A DNA stretch of 64,000 bases from Candidatus Woesebacteria bacterium. GTDB taxonomy: Bacteria > Patescibacteriota > Microgenomatia > UBA8517. The DNA is taken from the NCBI GenBank assembly GCA_963716475.1, contig OY970314.1, forward strand, positions 787,865 to 851,864, read 5' to 3'. Under the pieces are notes generated by a model, which was not told where the DNA came from, ran no database searches, and saw only the letters and a program-made list of their open reading frames with translations. How positions within the stretch are numbered: position 1 is the stretch's first letter; each line of letters opens with the position of its first letter. Of this stretch, positions 46,616 to 56,900 are shown in pieces. A program made the position numbers and the translations under genes.

Positions 46616-47985
46616 GCAAACAGTTTACCATTTCGACTCGAAACGGCCAAGCTACGCTTACCAGTGCTCTGGCTGGACAAGCTACGCTTATCAGTGCTCT
46701 GACTGGCTAAGCTTGGCTTATCACTAAACTTGTTTTCCGCTTCAAGGGAGTTTCCTAATACAAATGCCAAAAGAAACATGTTTTGTTGTAAAGTAAACCA
46801 GTAGTGATCGACAAGCCCCGTCGTTAATACAAACACCAGAGCCAAAAATATAATTTTATCGTTTAATAAAAACGCTTTCCGGTTTGTTTTGACCAGTAGA
46901 AAATAGACAAAAGACAAACCGATTATTCCAGTTTCGCTAAAAATTAGGAGGAAAATGTTGTGAACCGGCTGTAAAATCCACAAGAATGATCCTGCGTATG
47001 GAATTTTGGTTTCATTTATAACAAAAGTATTAAGCCCCTCCCCTTGCCAGAATTTTTCTGAAATCATGCTACCTGCGATCGAAGACAAGTCGAGTCTCTG
47101 TATAATGTTTGAGGGATAATTAAATTTGTTGCTAAAATATTTTGCTGAAACAAAAGGAAGAACTAAACTAATCAATAAAAATACGGATGGAATAAATACA
47201 AGAGCCCCGGTTCTAAAATATTTTCTTCTTATAAGCATGTACAAAATACCACAAGCAATAATTCCGACTACTGACGAAAGTGAGAATGTCAGCAAGAAGG
47301 CAATAAAAACAATCGTTATTCCCAAGATCCTTTTAACGAGTTCTTTTTGGGAATAAGTGAACGATATCACTAGAAGCCCCAAGCCCAAATACCCGGCAAA
47401 AGAGTTGGGGTGAGAAAACGTAGAGTATGCCCTCATAAAATTTCTACCCAAAATTTGAGTAAGTGCGATCCCTGGGGTTGAAACATTAAAACTGCGTTCT
47501 CCTAACAAATAGAATGGTCCGCCCAGGGTTCTTCTCAAAATAAATTGGAAAATCCCGATCACGGAAAAAAATATAAGAGAGTAAAACAAAGTGGCAATCA
47601 AGGTTTTTGATTTAAAAATGTCACTCCTAACCCGAACATAAAAATAAAATATTACAAGTTCCGATAATTTTAACCATTTGTAAACCGATGGGAAAACCGA
47701 TGTTGAGAATGCTATGTTTACTACCGCCAAGAAAATGAATAGAAAAATATAGATTTTGTTTTTCTCGACAGTTTCAAGAAATATTTTGTGATAACTTCTC
47801 ATCCAAATAACAAACAATGTCAGAAACAAAGCATCGGTTAAATAAATACTCGGCGCCAGATAGTCAACTCTTATGCCGAATACAAATGCTGTGGGCGGCC
47901 AAAAATGAAGCGCCAACTGTGTAGGAAGCAAAAAAATAAGAAGGTAATTTAAATACTTTTCCAGCCGGACCCAGCAAGAAATCAC
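46612..47985 (-). CDS. O-antigen ligase / Wzy_C-family polymerase-ligase membrane protein with a repetitive basic C-terminal tail.
   Basis: 12 TMs and LQPVHNIFLLIFSETGIIGLSF (HNxFL...E.GiiGL, the Wzy_C signature). The C-terminal tail has 10-aa repeats SQSTDKRSLS/SQSTGKRSLA. Confidence 0.6.
   Translation of the reverse strand: MISCWVRLEKYLNYLLIFLLPTQLALHFWPPTAFVFGIRVDYLAPSIYLTDALFLTLFVIWMRSYHKIFLETVEKNKIYIFLFIFLAVVNIAFSTSVFPSVYKWLKLSELVIFYFYVRVRSDIFKSKTLIATLFYSLIFFSVIGIFQFILRRTLGGPFYLLGERSFNVSTPGIALTQILGRNFMRAYSTFSHPNSFAGYLGLGLLVISFTYSQKELVKRILGITIVFIAFLLTFSLSSVVGIIACGILYMLIRRKYFRTGALVFIPSVFLLISLVLPFVSAKYFSNKFNYPSNIIQRLDLSSIAGSMISEKFWQGEGLNTFVINETKIPYAGSFLWILQPVHNIFLLIFSETGIIGLSFVYFLLVKTNRKAFLLNDKIIFLALVFVLTTGLVDHYWFTLQQNMFLLAFVLGNSLEAENKFSDKPSLASQSTDKRSLSSQSTGKRSLAVSSRNGKLFA
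46649..46726 (-). repeat. 30-nt tandem repeat (about 2.6 copies) encoding the C-terminal tail of the O-antigen-ligase-like protein.
   Basis: caagctacgcttaccagtgctctggctgga / caagctacgcttatcagtgctctgactggc / taagcttggcttatcact. Confidence 0.6.
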
Positions 47986-48443
47986 TTTTTTGGCTTAATT
48001 ATTAAGAAACGTTCCTCTCCTTCCCCTTGAGATTCTGTTGTTATGCTGTCGTCCTCGGAAAGGGCAAGGTGAATAACTCTTCTTTGCCAGGACTTCAGGT
48101 TGTATAGGTTTTGCGGTTCTCCTGTTTCCTTCGCCCTCTGGGCGGTAGAGGTGGCCAGATCTTTAAGATAGCCTTCTTCCTTCTCTCTATAATCACCCAC
48201 GTTGATAAGAACTCTGTTCCATTCCCCTGTTTTTTGCTTTAGGAGAAACCCCAGAACCGTCTGGATGCCCAAAAGCGTTTCACCCTTTTTACCTATCAGA
48301 AGTCCTGTTTCGTCACCCGCGTCTATATTAACGGTAAAGGCTTCGTTTTCCTTATCGTAAGAGACTGCCGCCTTAGCTTTGGTTAACATCAGGGACAACA
48401 GTTCGTCGGTTAGTTTTTGTAAAATTTTTACTTTCTTTTCCAT
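47982..48443 (-). CDS. jag: Jag/KhpB (SpoIIIJ-associated) RNA-binding protein with KH and R3H domains.
   Basis: ...LLIGKKGETLLGIQTVL... (KH GxxG) and ...SWQRRVIHLALSEDDSITTESQGEGEERFLII (R3H), downstream of yidC. Confidence 0.8.
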   Translation of the reverse strand: MEKKVKILQKLTDELLSLMLTKAKAAVSYDKENEAFTVNIDAGDETGLLIGKKGETLLGIQTVLGFLLKQKTGEWNRVLINVGDYREKEEGYLKDLATSTAQRAKETGEPQNLYNLKSWQRRVIHLALSEDDSITTESQGEGEERFLIIKPKK

Positions 48444-48486
48444 ATTAACTTTTTGTGAATTTCGATTTTACGCTAGCAAGCGAAGA

Positions 48487-49320
48487 TCATGTTTCCGGAC
48501 GTGATCTTATCAAATTTAACCTCTTAATAAAAGGAGTCAAACTCCCCCATCCTGACATGCTTACCTGCTGCCATACGTTAACTACCGAAAAAACCAACCA
48601 GTAAAGTGCAAGCCCTGATTGAAATGTCAAACCAAAATAAAGGGTCATAAGCGGCAACATATAAGTCATTGAGCTCTGCATGGCAACTTGCATGTCGTCG
48701 GTCTGGGACTTGGTTTTTTTGGCAATTTTTTGCTCTTCCGAAATATATGGTGCCATTATCTTAACGGATAGAAACTGTGCAATCGCTGCCAAGATGACAA
48801 AAATCCCAGGAATTATGTCAGGTAACCCCGGTATCAACTTGTTTAACTTGTCCGGCTGGTTGATATCCATGTACAAAAATTTTGTATTTATTGTTTGGCC
48901 TTGCGAAAATTGTAGAGGAGCATAGAGTCGCTTATTAAGATTGGCTGTCACGTCTCCACTCCTGGCAAGAGCGGTGTTAAAAACGTTGAAAAGCGCTATC
49001 AATATTACAAATTGCAAAATATACGGAAGGCATCCTGCGGTTGGATTAATTTTGTTCTGCTTGTAAAGCTCTGCCTGTGCTTGAGACATTTTAAGTTTAT
49101 CTGTACCGAATTTTTTCCTAAGTTTTGCCAACTGAGGTTCCATCTCTTTTATTCTTTTCATTGATTGCATATAAGGTTTTGTCAGGGGTCGAAGGAGAAA
49201 GACGAGGACAAGACTAAAAACCAGTATCGCAATACCCAAATTTTGTCCCAAAACTTTATAAAAAAGAATAAGGCCGTTAGTTAGCGGTTGGACAAGAATG
49301 ATTGTAAAAATATTTCCCAT
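48487..49320 (-). CDS. yidC: Membrane protein insertase YidC/Oxa1, short form.
   Basis: ...MEPQLAKLRKKFGTDKLKMSQAQAELYKQNKINPTAGCLPYILQFVILIALF... with the conserved rpmH-rnpA-yidD-yidC-jag order. Confidence 0.85.
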   Translation of the reverse strand: MGNIFTIILVQPLTNGLILFYKVLGQNLGIAILVFSLVLVFLLRPLTKPYMQSMKRIKEMEPQLAKLRKKFGTDKLKMSQAQAELYKQNKINPTAGCLPYILQFVILIALFNVFNTALARSGDVTANLNKRLYAPLQFSQGQTINTKFLYMDINQPDKLNKLIPGLPDIIPGIFVILAAIAQFLSVKIMAPYISEEQKIAKKTKSQTDDMQVAMQSSMTYMLPLMTLYFGLTFQSGLALYWLVFSVVNVWQQVSMSGWGSLTPFIKRLNLIRSRPET

Positions 49321-49325
49321 GCTAT

Positions 49326-49562
49326 TTAATGACTACTTAATTCTGGTACGGGATCCCAGCCGGACCCTCCCCAAGGATGACACCTCGCAAATCTTTTAAT
49401 TCCCACAGCCAATCCTCTCTTGGTTCCAAATCTTTCCAGGGCGGTAATTGTATACTCGCTGCACGTTGGTGTAAACCTGCAGGCCTTCCCAAAAACCATC
49501 TCTAGAACCGGCGAAATAATGTTTTTGTAAAATTTGAGTATTTTAATAATAAGTATATTCAT
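49326..49562 (-). CDS. yidD: Membrane protein insertion efficiency factor YidD.
   Basis: [51 protein letters not shown]. Confidence 0.85.
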   Translation of the reverse strand: MNILIIKILKFYKNIISPVLEMVFGKACRFTPTCSEYTITALERFGTKRGLAVGIKRFARCHPWGGSGWDPVPELSSH

Positions 49563-49903
49563 TTTGACAAACCGCTTTCTTTAAGGGAAATGCGGACCTC
49601 CTTCATAATCTCAGATGTAGAAACTCTGGCAATGGACGTTTTGGCCAAAAATATAACGTCAAAACCACTGCTTAAGTCAATGCTGGCGATCCTTACCGCC
49701 TCGCTCATGGCTCTCTTAAATCTGTTCCGATCTACCGCGTCTTTGGCAATTTTTGTGGAAACTATAAAACCAAAACGGCTTGGGTCAGTATCCCCTCTCC
49801 TTATATATGCAATTCCAAAATTTGCGGACTGGTAAACCGTCCCCTCTTTTTGAATCTTGGCAAAACTCTTCGCTCCTGTAAGCCTAAATTTTTTGGCAAG
49901 CAT
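49559..49903 (-). CDS. rnpA: RNase P protein component.
   Basis: [21 protein letters not shown]...[11 protein letters not shown], with an ATGA overlap to yidD. Confidence 0.85.
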   Translation of the reverse strand: MLAKKFRLTGAKSFAKIQKEGTVYQSANFGIAYIRRGDTDPSRFGFIVSTKIAKDAVDRNRFKRAMSEAVRIASIDLSSGFDVIFLAKTSIARVSTSEIMKEVRISLKESGLSK

Positions 49904-49911
49904 TTTGGAGT

Positions 49912-50055
49912 TTACGAGACCGCAAGGTGTTTCCTTCCTTTAAGTCTTCTTCTTTTTAATACCTGTCTGCCTTTTTTTGATTCCATCCTGGTTCTAAAAC
50001 CGTGTACTTTAATTCTTTTGGTTTTACTTGGTTGGTAAGTCCTTTTCGTCGACAT
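49912..50055 (-). CDS. rpmH: 50S ribosomal protein L34. The ORF track misses it because it is under 60 aa.
   Basis: Manual translation of the minus strand gives [47 protein letters not shown], the canonical L34, ending 8 nt before rnpA. Confidence 0.85.
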   Translation of the reverse strand: MSTKRTYQPSKTKRIKVHGFRTRMESKKGRQVLKRRRLKGRKHLAVS

Positions 50056-50113
50056 GTGAGCATTATATCAACTAAACGGTTAATTAATCAACCTTTTAAC
50101 TGCCAATTGGCCC

Positions 50114-50131
50114 TTGACGAATTGTGGATAA
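50114..50131 (+). promoter_or_regulatory. dnaA promoter region with a -35-like TTGACG overlapped by a perfect DnaA box (TGTGGATAA, 50123..50131), suggesting autoregulation.
   Basis: cccTTGACGaatTGTGGATAActttgtaaac lies 25-40 nt upstream of the dnaA ATG. Confidence 0.5.
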
Positions 50132-50155
50132 CTTTGTAAACAGTACTTTCAAGAT

Positions 50156-51517
50156 ATGGATAATGGTCAAGTCTGGAAAGATTCACTGGAAATAATAAAG
50201 GTCTCCGTTTCCCCGGCAATTTTTTCCACATGGTTTTCACAAAGCCACCTTTCCTCTATCGAGGCTGTGGGCGAGAGGGTTGTTGCCGAAGTCGGGTGTC
50301 CCACATCTTTTGCAAAAAACACAATCGAATCGAGATACTTTGGGCTGGTTCAAGACTCTTTAAGTAAGGTTGTAGGCAAAAACTGCGATTTGACGTTCAT
50401 TGTTAAAACCAACCCAAATAAACAAAAATTACCCGAGGAGACGGCGGCTCCTCTATTTTCGGTAGAAAAAGAGGGAAACGATTTGCTTGAAGTATTACAA
50501 AGAGCCCGTCTTAGACCCAGTTTTACATTCGAGAATTTTGCCGTTTCTTCGTCTAACCAAATGGCCCACGCAGCTGCCGAGGCCGTATCACAAAGCCTGG
50601 GAAGTGCTTATAACCCCTTATTCATCTGGGGTGGGGTGGGAGTTGGGAAAACCCACCTTATGGCCTCTGTCGGAAATTATATTCTAAGGGTTAACCCGGA
50701 TAAAAAAGTTATTTTTTGCACAGGCGAGGATTTCACTAACGACATTGTCGAGGGAATCAGAAACAAAACCACCCAGGCTTTCAGAAATAAATACAGAAAG
50801 CTGGATTTACTTCTAATCGATGATATTCAATTCATTGCAGGCAAGGATACTGTACAGGAGGAGTTCTTCCATACCTTTAATGCTGTCACCTCCGTCGGCG
50901 GGCAAATTATTTTAACTTCGGATCGACCACCCTCAGAAATATCCAAACTTGAAGAAAGGCTTAGAAGCAGGTTTGAGGCGGGCTTAATCGTAGATATTGC
51001 CCCGCCTGATTTCGAACTTAGGTGTGCAATAACTCAAATAAAGGCTCGGGAAAAGGGAATCGCCCTGACTCCGGAACAAGCCCAAATGATAGCCGCCAAC
51101 TCCGAATCGGCCAGAAAAATTGAAGGCCTGCTTACCAAGCTCCTGACCGAGATCCATGTTAAAAAGGTCCCGATTACAAACGAGCTTATTGAATCGTCTT
51201 TTGCAAAAAATCTGGAAATGGGGAGCAAAATTACAAGAAGCACTCCTGATGAGGTGACAGAGGTTGTTTCCAAGTATTACCAGGTAGGCAAAAGACTTCT
51301 TATGGGGGACAGCCGGGCCCGTCCGATTGCGCGTCCCAGACAGGTTCTAATGTATTTACTTCGAACACACCTTGGTGTGCCGTTGGAAGAAGTCGGAAGG
51401 GTCGTTGGGGGAAGGGACCACACCACCGTCATGCATGCTGTGGAGAAAATCACCCAGCTGGCCACCAACGATGTGCAGATCCGTGAGGATATCTTAAAAC
51501 TAAAACAAAGCATTTGA
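50156..51517 (+). CDS. dnaA: Chromosomal replication initiator DnaA.
   Basis: AAA+ motifs GGVGVGKTHLMASVGNYI, LLLIDDIQFIAGK, and C-terminal DNA-binding VGGRDHTTVMHAVEKI. Confidence 0.95.
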   Translation: MDNGQVWKDSLEIIKVSVSPAIFSTWFSQSHLSSIEAVGERVVAEVGCPTSFAKNTIESRYFGLVQDSLSKVVGKNCDLTFIVKTNPNKQKLPEETAAPLFSVEKEGNDLLEVLQRARLRPSFTFENFAVSSSNQMAHAAAEAVSQSLGSAYNPLFIWGGVGVGKTHLMASVGNYILRVNPDKKVIFCTGEDFTNDIVEGIRNKTTQAFRNKYRKLDLLLIDDIQFIAGKDTVQEEFFHTFNAVTSVGGQIILTSDRPPSEISKLEERLRSRFEAGLIVDIAPPDFELRCAITQIKAREKGIALTPEQAQMIAANSESARKIEGLLTKLLTEIHVKKVPITNELIESSFAKNLEMGSKITRSTPDEVTEVVSKYYQVGKRLLMGDSRARPIARPRQVLMYLLRTHLGVPLEEVGRVVGGRDHTTVMHAVEKITQLATNDVQIREDILKLKQSI

Positions 51518-51785
51518 GGATAACTATTTACGTATATAGAGTTATGAACAATGGGTTTACTTTTATCCACAAATCTATCAACATTCTGCCAGGCTTGTTA
51601 TTAACACGAAATTGTCCCGAAAGATGTATTTAAAAAATGATAATTCTCAACTTATCAACACCACCTACTACTAGAACTACTAGTTAATATATGATAAACA
51701 CAGTTTGTCACAAACTTCGTTTTGTGATAAATAACAAGATATTCACAGGGACAGTGAAACGAAAATGTAAAGATAAAATCATCCT
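51518..51785 (+). other. Candidate oriC: the dnaA-dnaN intergenic region with DnaA boxes and an AT-rich unwinding element.
   Basis: Perfect TTATCCACA at 51563..51571, a 1-mismatch TTATCAACA at 51652..51660, and AT-rich aaagatgtatttaaaaaatgataattctcaac at 51620..51650. Confidence 0.6.
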
Positions 51786-52910
51786 ATGAAACTACAAATC
51801 CTTCAGGAAAATCTGGAAAAAGCTGTCAGTACGACATCCCGTTTTGCCAGTACTAGAGCCCAACTTCCTGTTTTAGGAAACATTCTTCTTTCTACCAAAA
51901 AAACTAAAATTTATATTTCCTCAACAAACTTGGAAATTTCTGCTTCAGTCCAGGTAGGAGCAAAAATCGAAGAAGAAGGGGAAATAAGTATTCCGGCCAA
52001 GGTAATCTCCGAACTGGTCGCCAATTTACCCAAAGAAACAGTAAGCCTGGTATCAGAAAAGGAGCAGTTAAAAGTGTCTGTGTCAGGTTTTTCCTCAACT
52101 GTTTTGGGAATGAACTCTTCCGACTTCCCCAAAATACCAAATAGTGTAGATAAAGAAAAATCGATAAGTTTTCCACAAAGCGAATTGGTAAAAGCTCTTG
52201 GACAGGTCATATTTGCGACTTCTACAGACGAGACAAGACCCGTTTTAACAGGGGTACTCTTCTTGTTTGGAAAAAATTCACTATCACTGGTCGCAACGGA
52301 CGGATTTAGGTTGTCCAGGAAGACGCTTCCTTTGAAGGTAGGTAAGGGGGCGGATGACAGTGTGGTTATACCGAAGGGTGTTCTTAGTGAAATTTCAAGA
52401 ACAGAAGCGGAGGATGGTGAAATACTTTTCGGTGTGCAGGACAAAGAAAAGCAGGTACTTTTTGGGATAGGGGATACAGTACTAACTTCCCGTCTTTTGG
52501 AAGGAGAATACCCGGATTTTGAGAAAATAATTCCAAAAAGCTCGTCAATAAAAGTACTTTTGGATAAGGAAGAACTTATGAGGGCGGTAAAACTGGCATC
52601 TATCTTTGCCAGGGAATCCGCAAATATAGTAAAAATTAAGGTTTTGAAGGAATCGATCAAAGTTTCCGCCGAGAGCGGAACTGCGGGTAGCCAGGAAACC
52701 AGGGTAGATGCAAAAGTAACCACTGAAGGCCCCGATCTTGCCGAATGGGAAATAGCTTTTAACTACCGTTTTGTGGAGGAATTTTTACACTCGGTCGGCG
52801 GAGAAGAAGTAAAAATGGAATTCTCCGGCGTTTCCGCTCCGGGAGTTTTTACGGATACATCCGACACATCATATCTTCACCTGATAATGCCGGTTAAAGT
52901 TCAAACTTAA
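51786..52910 (+). CDS. dnaN: DNA polymerase III beta sliding clamp.
   Basis: MKLQILQENLEKAVSTTSRFASTRAQLPVLGNILLS... with three-domain length and position after dnaA. Confidence 0.9.
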   Translation: MKLQILQENLEKAVSTTSRFASTRAQLPVLGNILLSTKKTKIYISSTNLEISASVQVGAKIEEEGEISIPAKVISELVANLPKETVSLVSEKEQLKVSVSGFSSTVLGMNSSDFPKIPNSVDKEKSISFPQSELVKALGQVIFATSTDETRPVLTGVLFLFGKNSLSLVATDGFRLSRKTLPLKVGKGADDSVVIPKGVLSEISRTEAEDGEILFGVQDKEKQVLFGIGDTVLTSRLLEGEYPDFEKIIPKSSSIKVLLDKEELMRAVKLASIFARESANIVKIKVLKESIKVSAESGTAGSQETRVDAKVTTEGPDLAEWEIAFNYRFVEEFLHSVGGEEVKMEFSGVSAPGVFTDTSDTSYLHLIMPVKVQT

Positions 52911-53905
52911 AGACCTTCTAGGGCCGGTAAATAAAGTATCACTTGGACATCACCCACACCTAAGAGTGTTGCTGTCCCTGTTAGCTTATATACAGGTTGG
53001 AGACTTGTTGACGAAGTTGTGTCAAGTAGGTATGCAATATCTATTTGATCTATAACAATTTCCTTTACAAAATCCGAGGGTAAATCCTTCATAGGGGTTT
53101 CTACTCCGTCAAGACTGATTAAAACAGAGTTTCCGATAGAATCACCGATTTCTTTATAAGTCTTAATTGCATATTCAGTAGGCCCTTTTTGCGCATCATC
53201 AAAAACAACCAGTTGGAGCGAATAAACGTTCCCGCCTTTTGTTAGTTGTATGTAGTTGGTACTTTCAGTTGAAGTGGGTGAGATAATCTCGTATTCGGAC
53301 GATTTGGGTAAAATGTCTATTTGATATAACGAAAAATCGTCCCTGGTTGATTTTTTGAAACCTTCGCGTAAACCACCGTCTTTGAGGAATTGTACGTTTC
53401 CTAAAGAAAAGGCATTCGTATTTAAAATACCGGCATCTGTCAGGAATTTGCTGGCAGTGGCCTTAACAGCATCTTCCGATAGCTGCTTGTCGGTAACGAG
53501 GAAAGATTCTCCTGAGCTATAACGGATGCTCGACGTGTTTGTGTATGCAAAAAGGGTTGAGTTGTCGTTTTTCCAAAAATACGTCAGACCTTCTTGGGTG
53601 TCGTTTATTGTCGTAGGGAGACCTGTAAAGCCTATAAAGGAAGCAATATTATTGAGATAGTCTTCCGTAATGACTCTTTTTGTAATATTTAAAAAGGGAA
53701 GCCGGGCGACATATTTAAATTGGTTTTCCTTTATGTTTAAAGATATCGATAAAGCGCCATTGTAAGTTTGAACAAGATTTGGTTTATGGGGAACAAGGCC
53801 GGCATTTTTATTTGGAGTCCCTTTTAGATAAAGATATACGATCCAGACAATACTTATCAGGGATACGACAACCAAGGCTATTTTGATCAATTTCTTCACA
53901 TTCAT
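52907..53905 (-). CDS. Type-II membrane-anchored extracytoplasmic protein, hypothetical. It may be an accessory (VirB8-like position) of the adjacent T4SS-like module.
   Basis: A 332-aa protein with an N-terminal anchor LIKIALVVVSLISIVWIVYLYL and no motif I can name. It is the last gene of the minus-strand block 63611->52907, with a 9-nt gap after the giant gene. Confidence 0.35.
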   Translation of the reverse strand: MNVKKLIKIALVVVSLISIVWIVYLYLKGTPNKNAGLVPHKPNLVQTYNGALSISLNIKENQFKYVARLPFLNITKRVITEDYLNNIASFIGFTGLPTTINDTQEGLTYFWKNDNSTLFAYTNTSSIRYSSGESFLVTDKQLSEDAVKATASKFLTDAGILNTNAFSLGNVQFLKDGGLREGFKKSTRDDFSLYQIDILPKSSEYEIISPTSTESTNYIQLTKGGNVYSLQLVVFDDAQKGPTEYAIKTYKEIGDSIGNSVLISLDGVETPMKDLPSDFVKEIVIDQIDIAYLLDTTSSTSLQPVYKLTGTATLLGVGDVQVILYLPALEGL

Positions 53906-53914
53906 ATTATATGT

Positions 53915-56900
53915 TTAATTACAAGTTGCCGTACTTGTACAGCCAAGCGGAACATTTCTTTTAAGATAAGGTTTTTGAGTTGTGGGAATAGGCCCCGTGT
54001 CAAAGAATTGGAAGTGTAAATGAGGACCACTGGTACAGCTACCTGTGTTGTCACTGATTCCGAGAGGTTGGCCAATTGTTACTCTTTGACCGTTGCCAAC
54101 CATAACAGAACCCAAATGTCCGTAATATGAACTAAACGACGATCCGCCGCAGGACGAAGCCACACGAACCCACCTTCCCCCACAGGCGCTTTCCCCGGTG
54201 CTTATGGTTCCGCTATGCATGGCAATGATGGTTGCACCATTTACGCCAATGTCGATTGCATTTGGGGTGTTGTAATGTGTCCACCCCAGGGGTGTCATGG
54301 ACCCTTGGGTAATAAGATTTATGCCTGCGTCGTTGGCAAGAGGCCAGGCATTATTTGGGCATTCCATTGGCGGGGCGCCAATTATTATTGAGGCAGATCC
54401 TGCCGAAACCACACCCTTTTGGTCCGTCGTGTCTGCAGTAACAGTAAACGTGTTTACCGTTGCAGAATTGTCATAGTTGTGAGAGGTAAAACTTCGTGTG
54501 TAAGTGAAGCTAAAAGGTTTGGTCGGCGAAATCGAAACAGGCGCCGCAGGTGTCCCTTGAGAAGGGCTTGGGCAAGAGGGAGGTGTCCCTGTTTTGATAA
54601 CTTTGCATTCATCTTTAAAGGAAACATTGGTTAATACGCCTTTTTTAGCAGAAACAGTAATTGTATAGGTAATCTTGGTTTTTGTGGGAATGTCGGAGTT
54701 ATTGAAAGGGCCTGCGGGATTGGCAGTTTTTTCAACACTGATATAAGGGTTACTTAAAGCGGCAAGATAACCGGTTGGGGTTGACGGAGGAACGACATAG
54801 GCGCCGGAGTTAATAATAAAAAGAATCAGGGCAACCAGAACGGGGATGACGAGAAGGGCTATTAATATAGGCATAACAGCGGCTGTCAAAAAGGTCCTCC
54901 CTACGGCGCGAAAAAATACCGCAATTCCACTTCCAACTCCGGCCATTGTTACTCCGGCCGTGGAAGCGACACCAACGCCGACCACCGTGATCCCACCCAA
55001 AATAAGACCCGTACTACCGATGACCAAGCCACCAACCAGCATAGGCGCCCCAATAATGGCGCTTCCAATTGCCATGCCGTTTTCTTTTACCTTTTTCCAG
55101 TTGATCTTTTCAATAATTTTTCCTACCACCCAACCCAATGCCAAGGCAATCGCATTCCCGATAATCGGTATCCATGACCCTAGAGTCTGAAGAGCTGTGT
55201 TGAGAGCAACCATCGTGCCCTTGCCCACCACTGATACAGCGGCTTTTGTTGCCGCAGATGCAGCAGCCTTTCCCACTACTGGTGTTAGTAATTTTGTTAC
55301 CGCCTCGGTTTCAATTCCCGTTGCGAGACCTTCCGCGGCGACAATCCCGGTAGCACCCTCGGCCAATAAGGTTCCTCCCTCGACAACGGCTGCTTCTTCG
55401 ACCAACGCAGTGCCCTCAGTTACTAAAAGAGACGCTTCGGCAATTTCGGCAGGGGCAGCTGCACCGATCAGATCAATTCCCAAAACGTCGCCGAGACCTT
55501 CGAGAAAATTCGAACCACCCGGAATTTTTTGAATAAGACCCCCGAGCGGGCTTTCACCAATTGGCGTGGTCTTACTAAATCCCGCAGACGATAAGACTTG
55601 TTGTCCCAGCTCACTGTTGTAAAATTTGGAAATGGCGCTGTCTGCAGGCAGGTTGGCTATTTTAGAATCAAGAAAGTCTCTGGCACGACCCGTTAGTAAA
55701 CTTTTAGCCTTATCGCTAGCAAAAGAGCCAATATTGTCCAGAACATCTGACTGTGATTCCAGAAGATTAGTGTAGCCTTCATTAAGTTGCCCGAGGTCTA
55801 TTTCGTGTGTGTATCCTTCGTTCGGTTGACCTAAAAAGGAAACTTTTAAATTTTCGGGACCCGTACCAAAAACAGAAACTGCAAGATTTTCGTCTATTGA
55901 AGAGAGAATGTTCTTACTAAGTTGGGCGCTATTCTTAAAATGACCCAGATCCGCGGAGGCCTTTTTTAGAAGTTCGGCAGTGTTTGTTTCGGCGACCAAC
56001 TTTGGCAGAATCTTTGAATCCTCGGCTAAAGCACCCAGAATAGCGGATTGAGTGTTTGCGGATGATTGGGCGGGGAAATTATTAATTGCAGAAACCGTAT
56101 CAAATGCCGTTTTTTTGACTATAAAATCAATTTGTTCCGGGGTAAGTTTCTTTGAAAGCTCCGGGGTTATTTTTGCTTTTATACTTTCTGCCAAATCTTT
56201 TTCAAAGGATGCGGGATAATTTTTCGCTTCTTCTATAAACTTGATCGTACTTTCACTTGGTGGAGGAGCCTCTTTTGAAATTTCCACCCGGGCGTAAATC
56301 TTTTTACCCGTTAAAGGTTCCTGGATATCTTTTTGTCTACTAATAGCTTCTTCCAACTTTTCTTTTGCCCCCTCGCTTATGGTTGGTTGTTCCGGAATTA
56401 CCATTTTTTCTTCTGGTAGCTCAGCCGTAGGTCCCGCCTGTCGGGTAAAAAGAAGCGGTACGGATGTTATTGATTCAGAGGTAGGAGATGTTTCTATCGG
56501 TTGGCCTGAAAGTGAGACGTATGGGGTTAGTGTTGGAGCAGCAACCGCAACTGCGACAGCCGACGGTTCCACATTTAGTACCACAGGCTTAACTTCAGGG
56601 AGAACAACCTTGTCTAAAAGAACAGAGGTTTGCTTTGCAGATTCGCTCATTTTCCCGGGATAGTTAGCAGGCATAGACATCTTGGGCAGAACGGAAGGAG
56701 GTTCAATTTGACCGATTTCTACTTGTGAAGTAATAGTTGTGACACTGTTGCCAAAACTGTGAACATCGCTAATGTTGATTGCAGGTAAACTTTGATTCTC
56801 CTGATTCTCGGCTATTTTAAATTGGGTTGCCTCCTCGGGGCCGTAAGCAGCCACAACCACGTTTTCCGGTAGAAAAGTCTTCAAGAGAGCGGTGTTTGTT

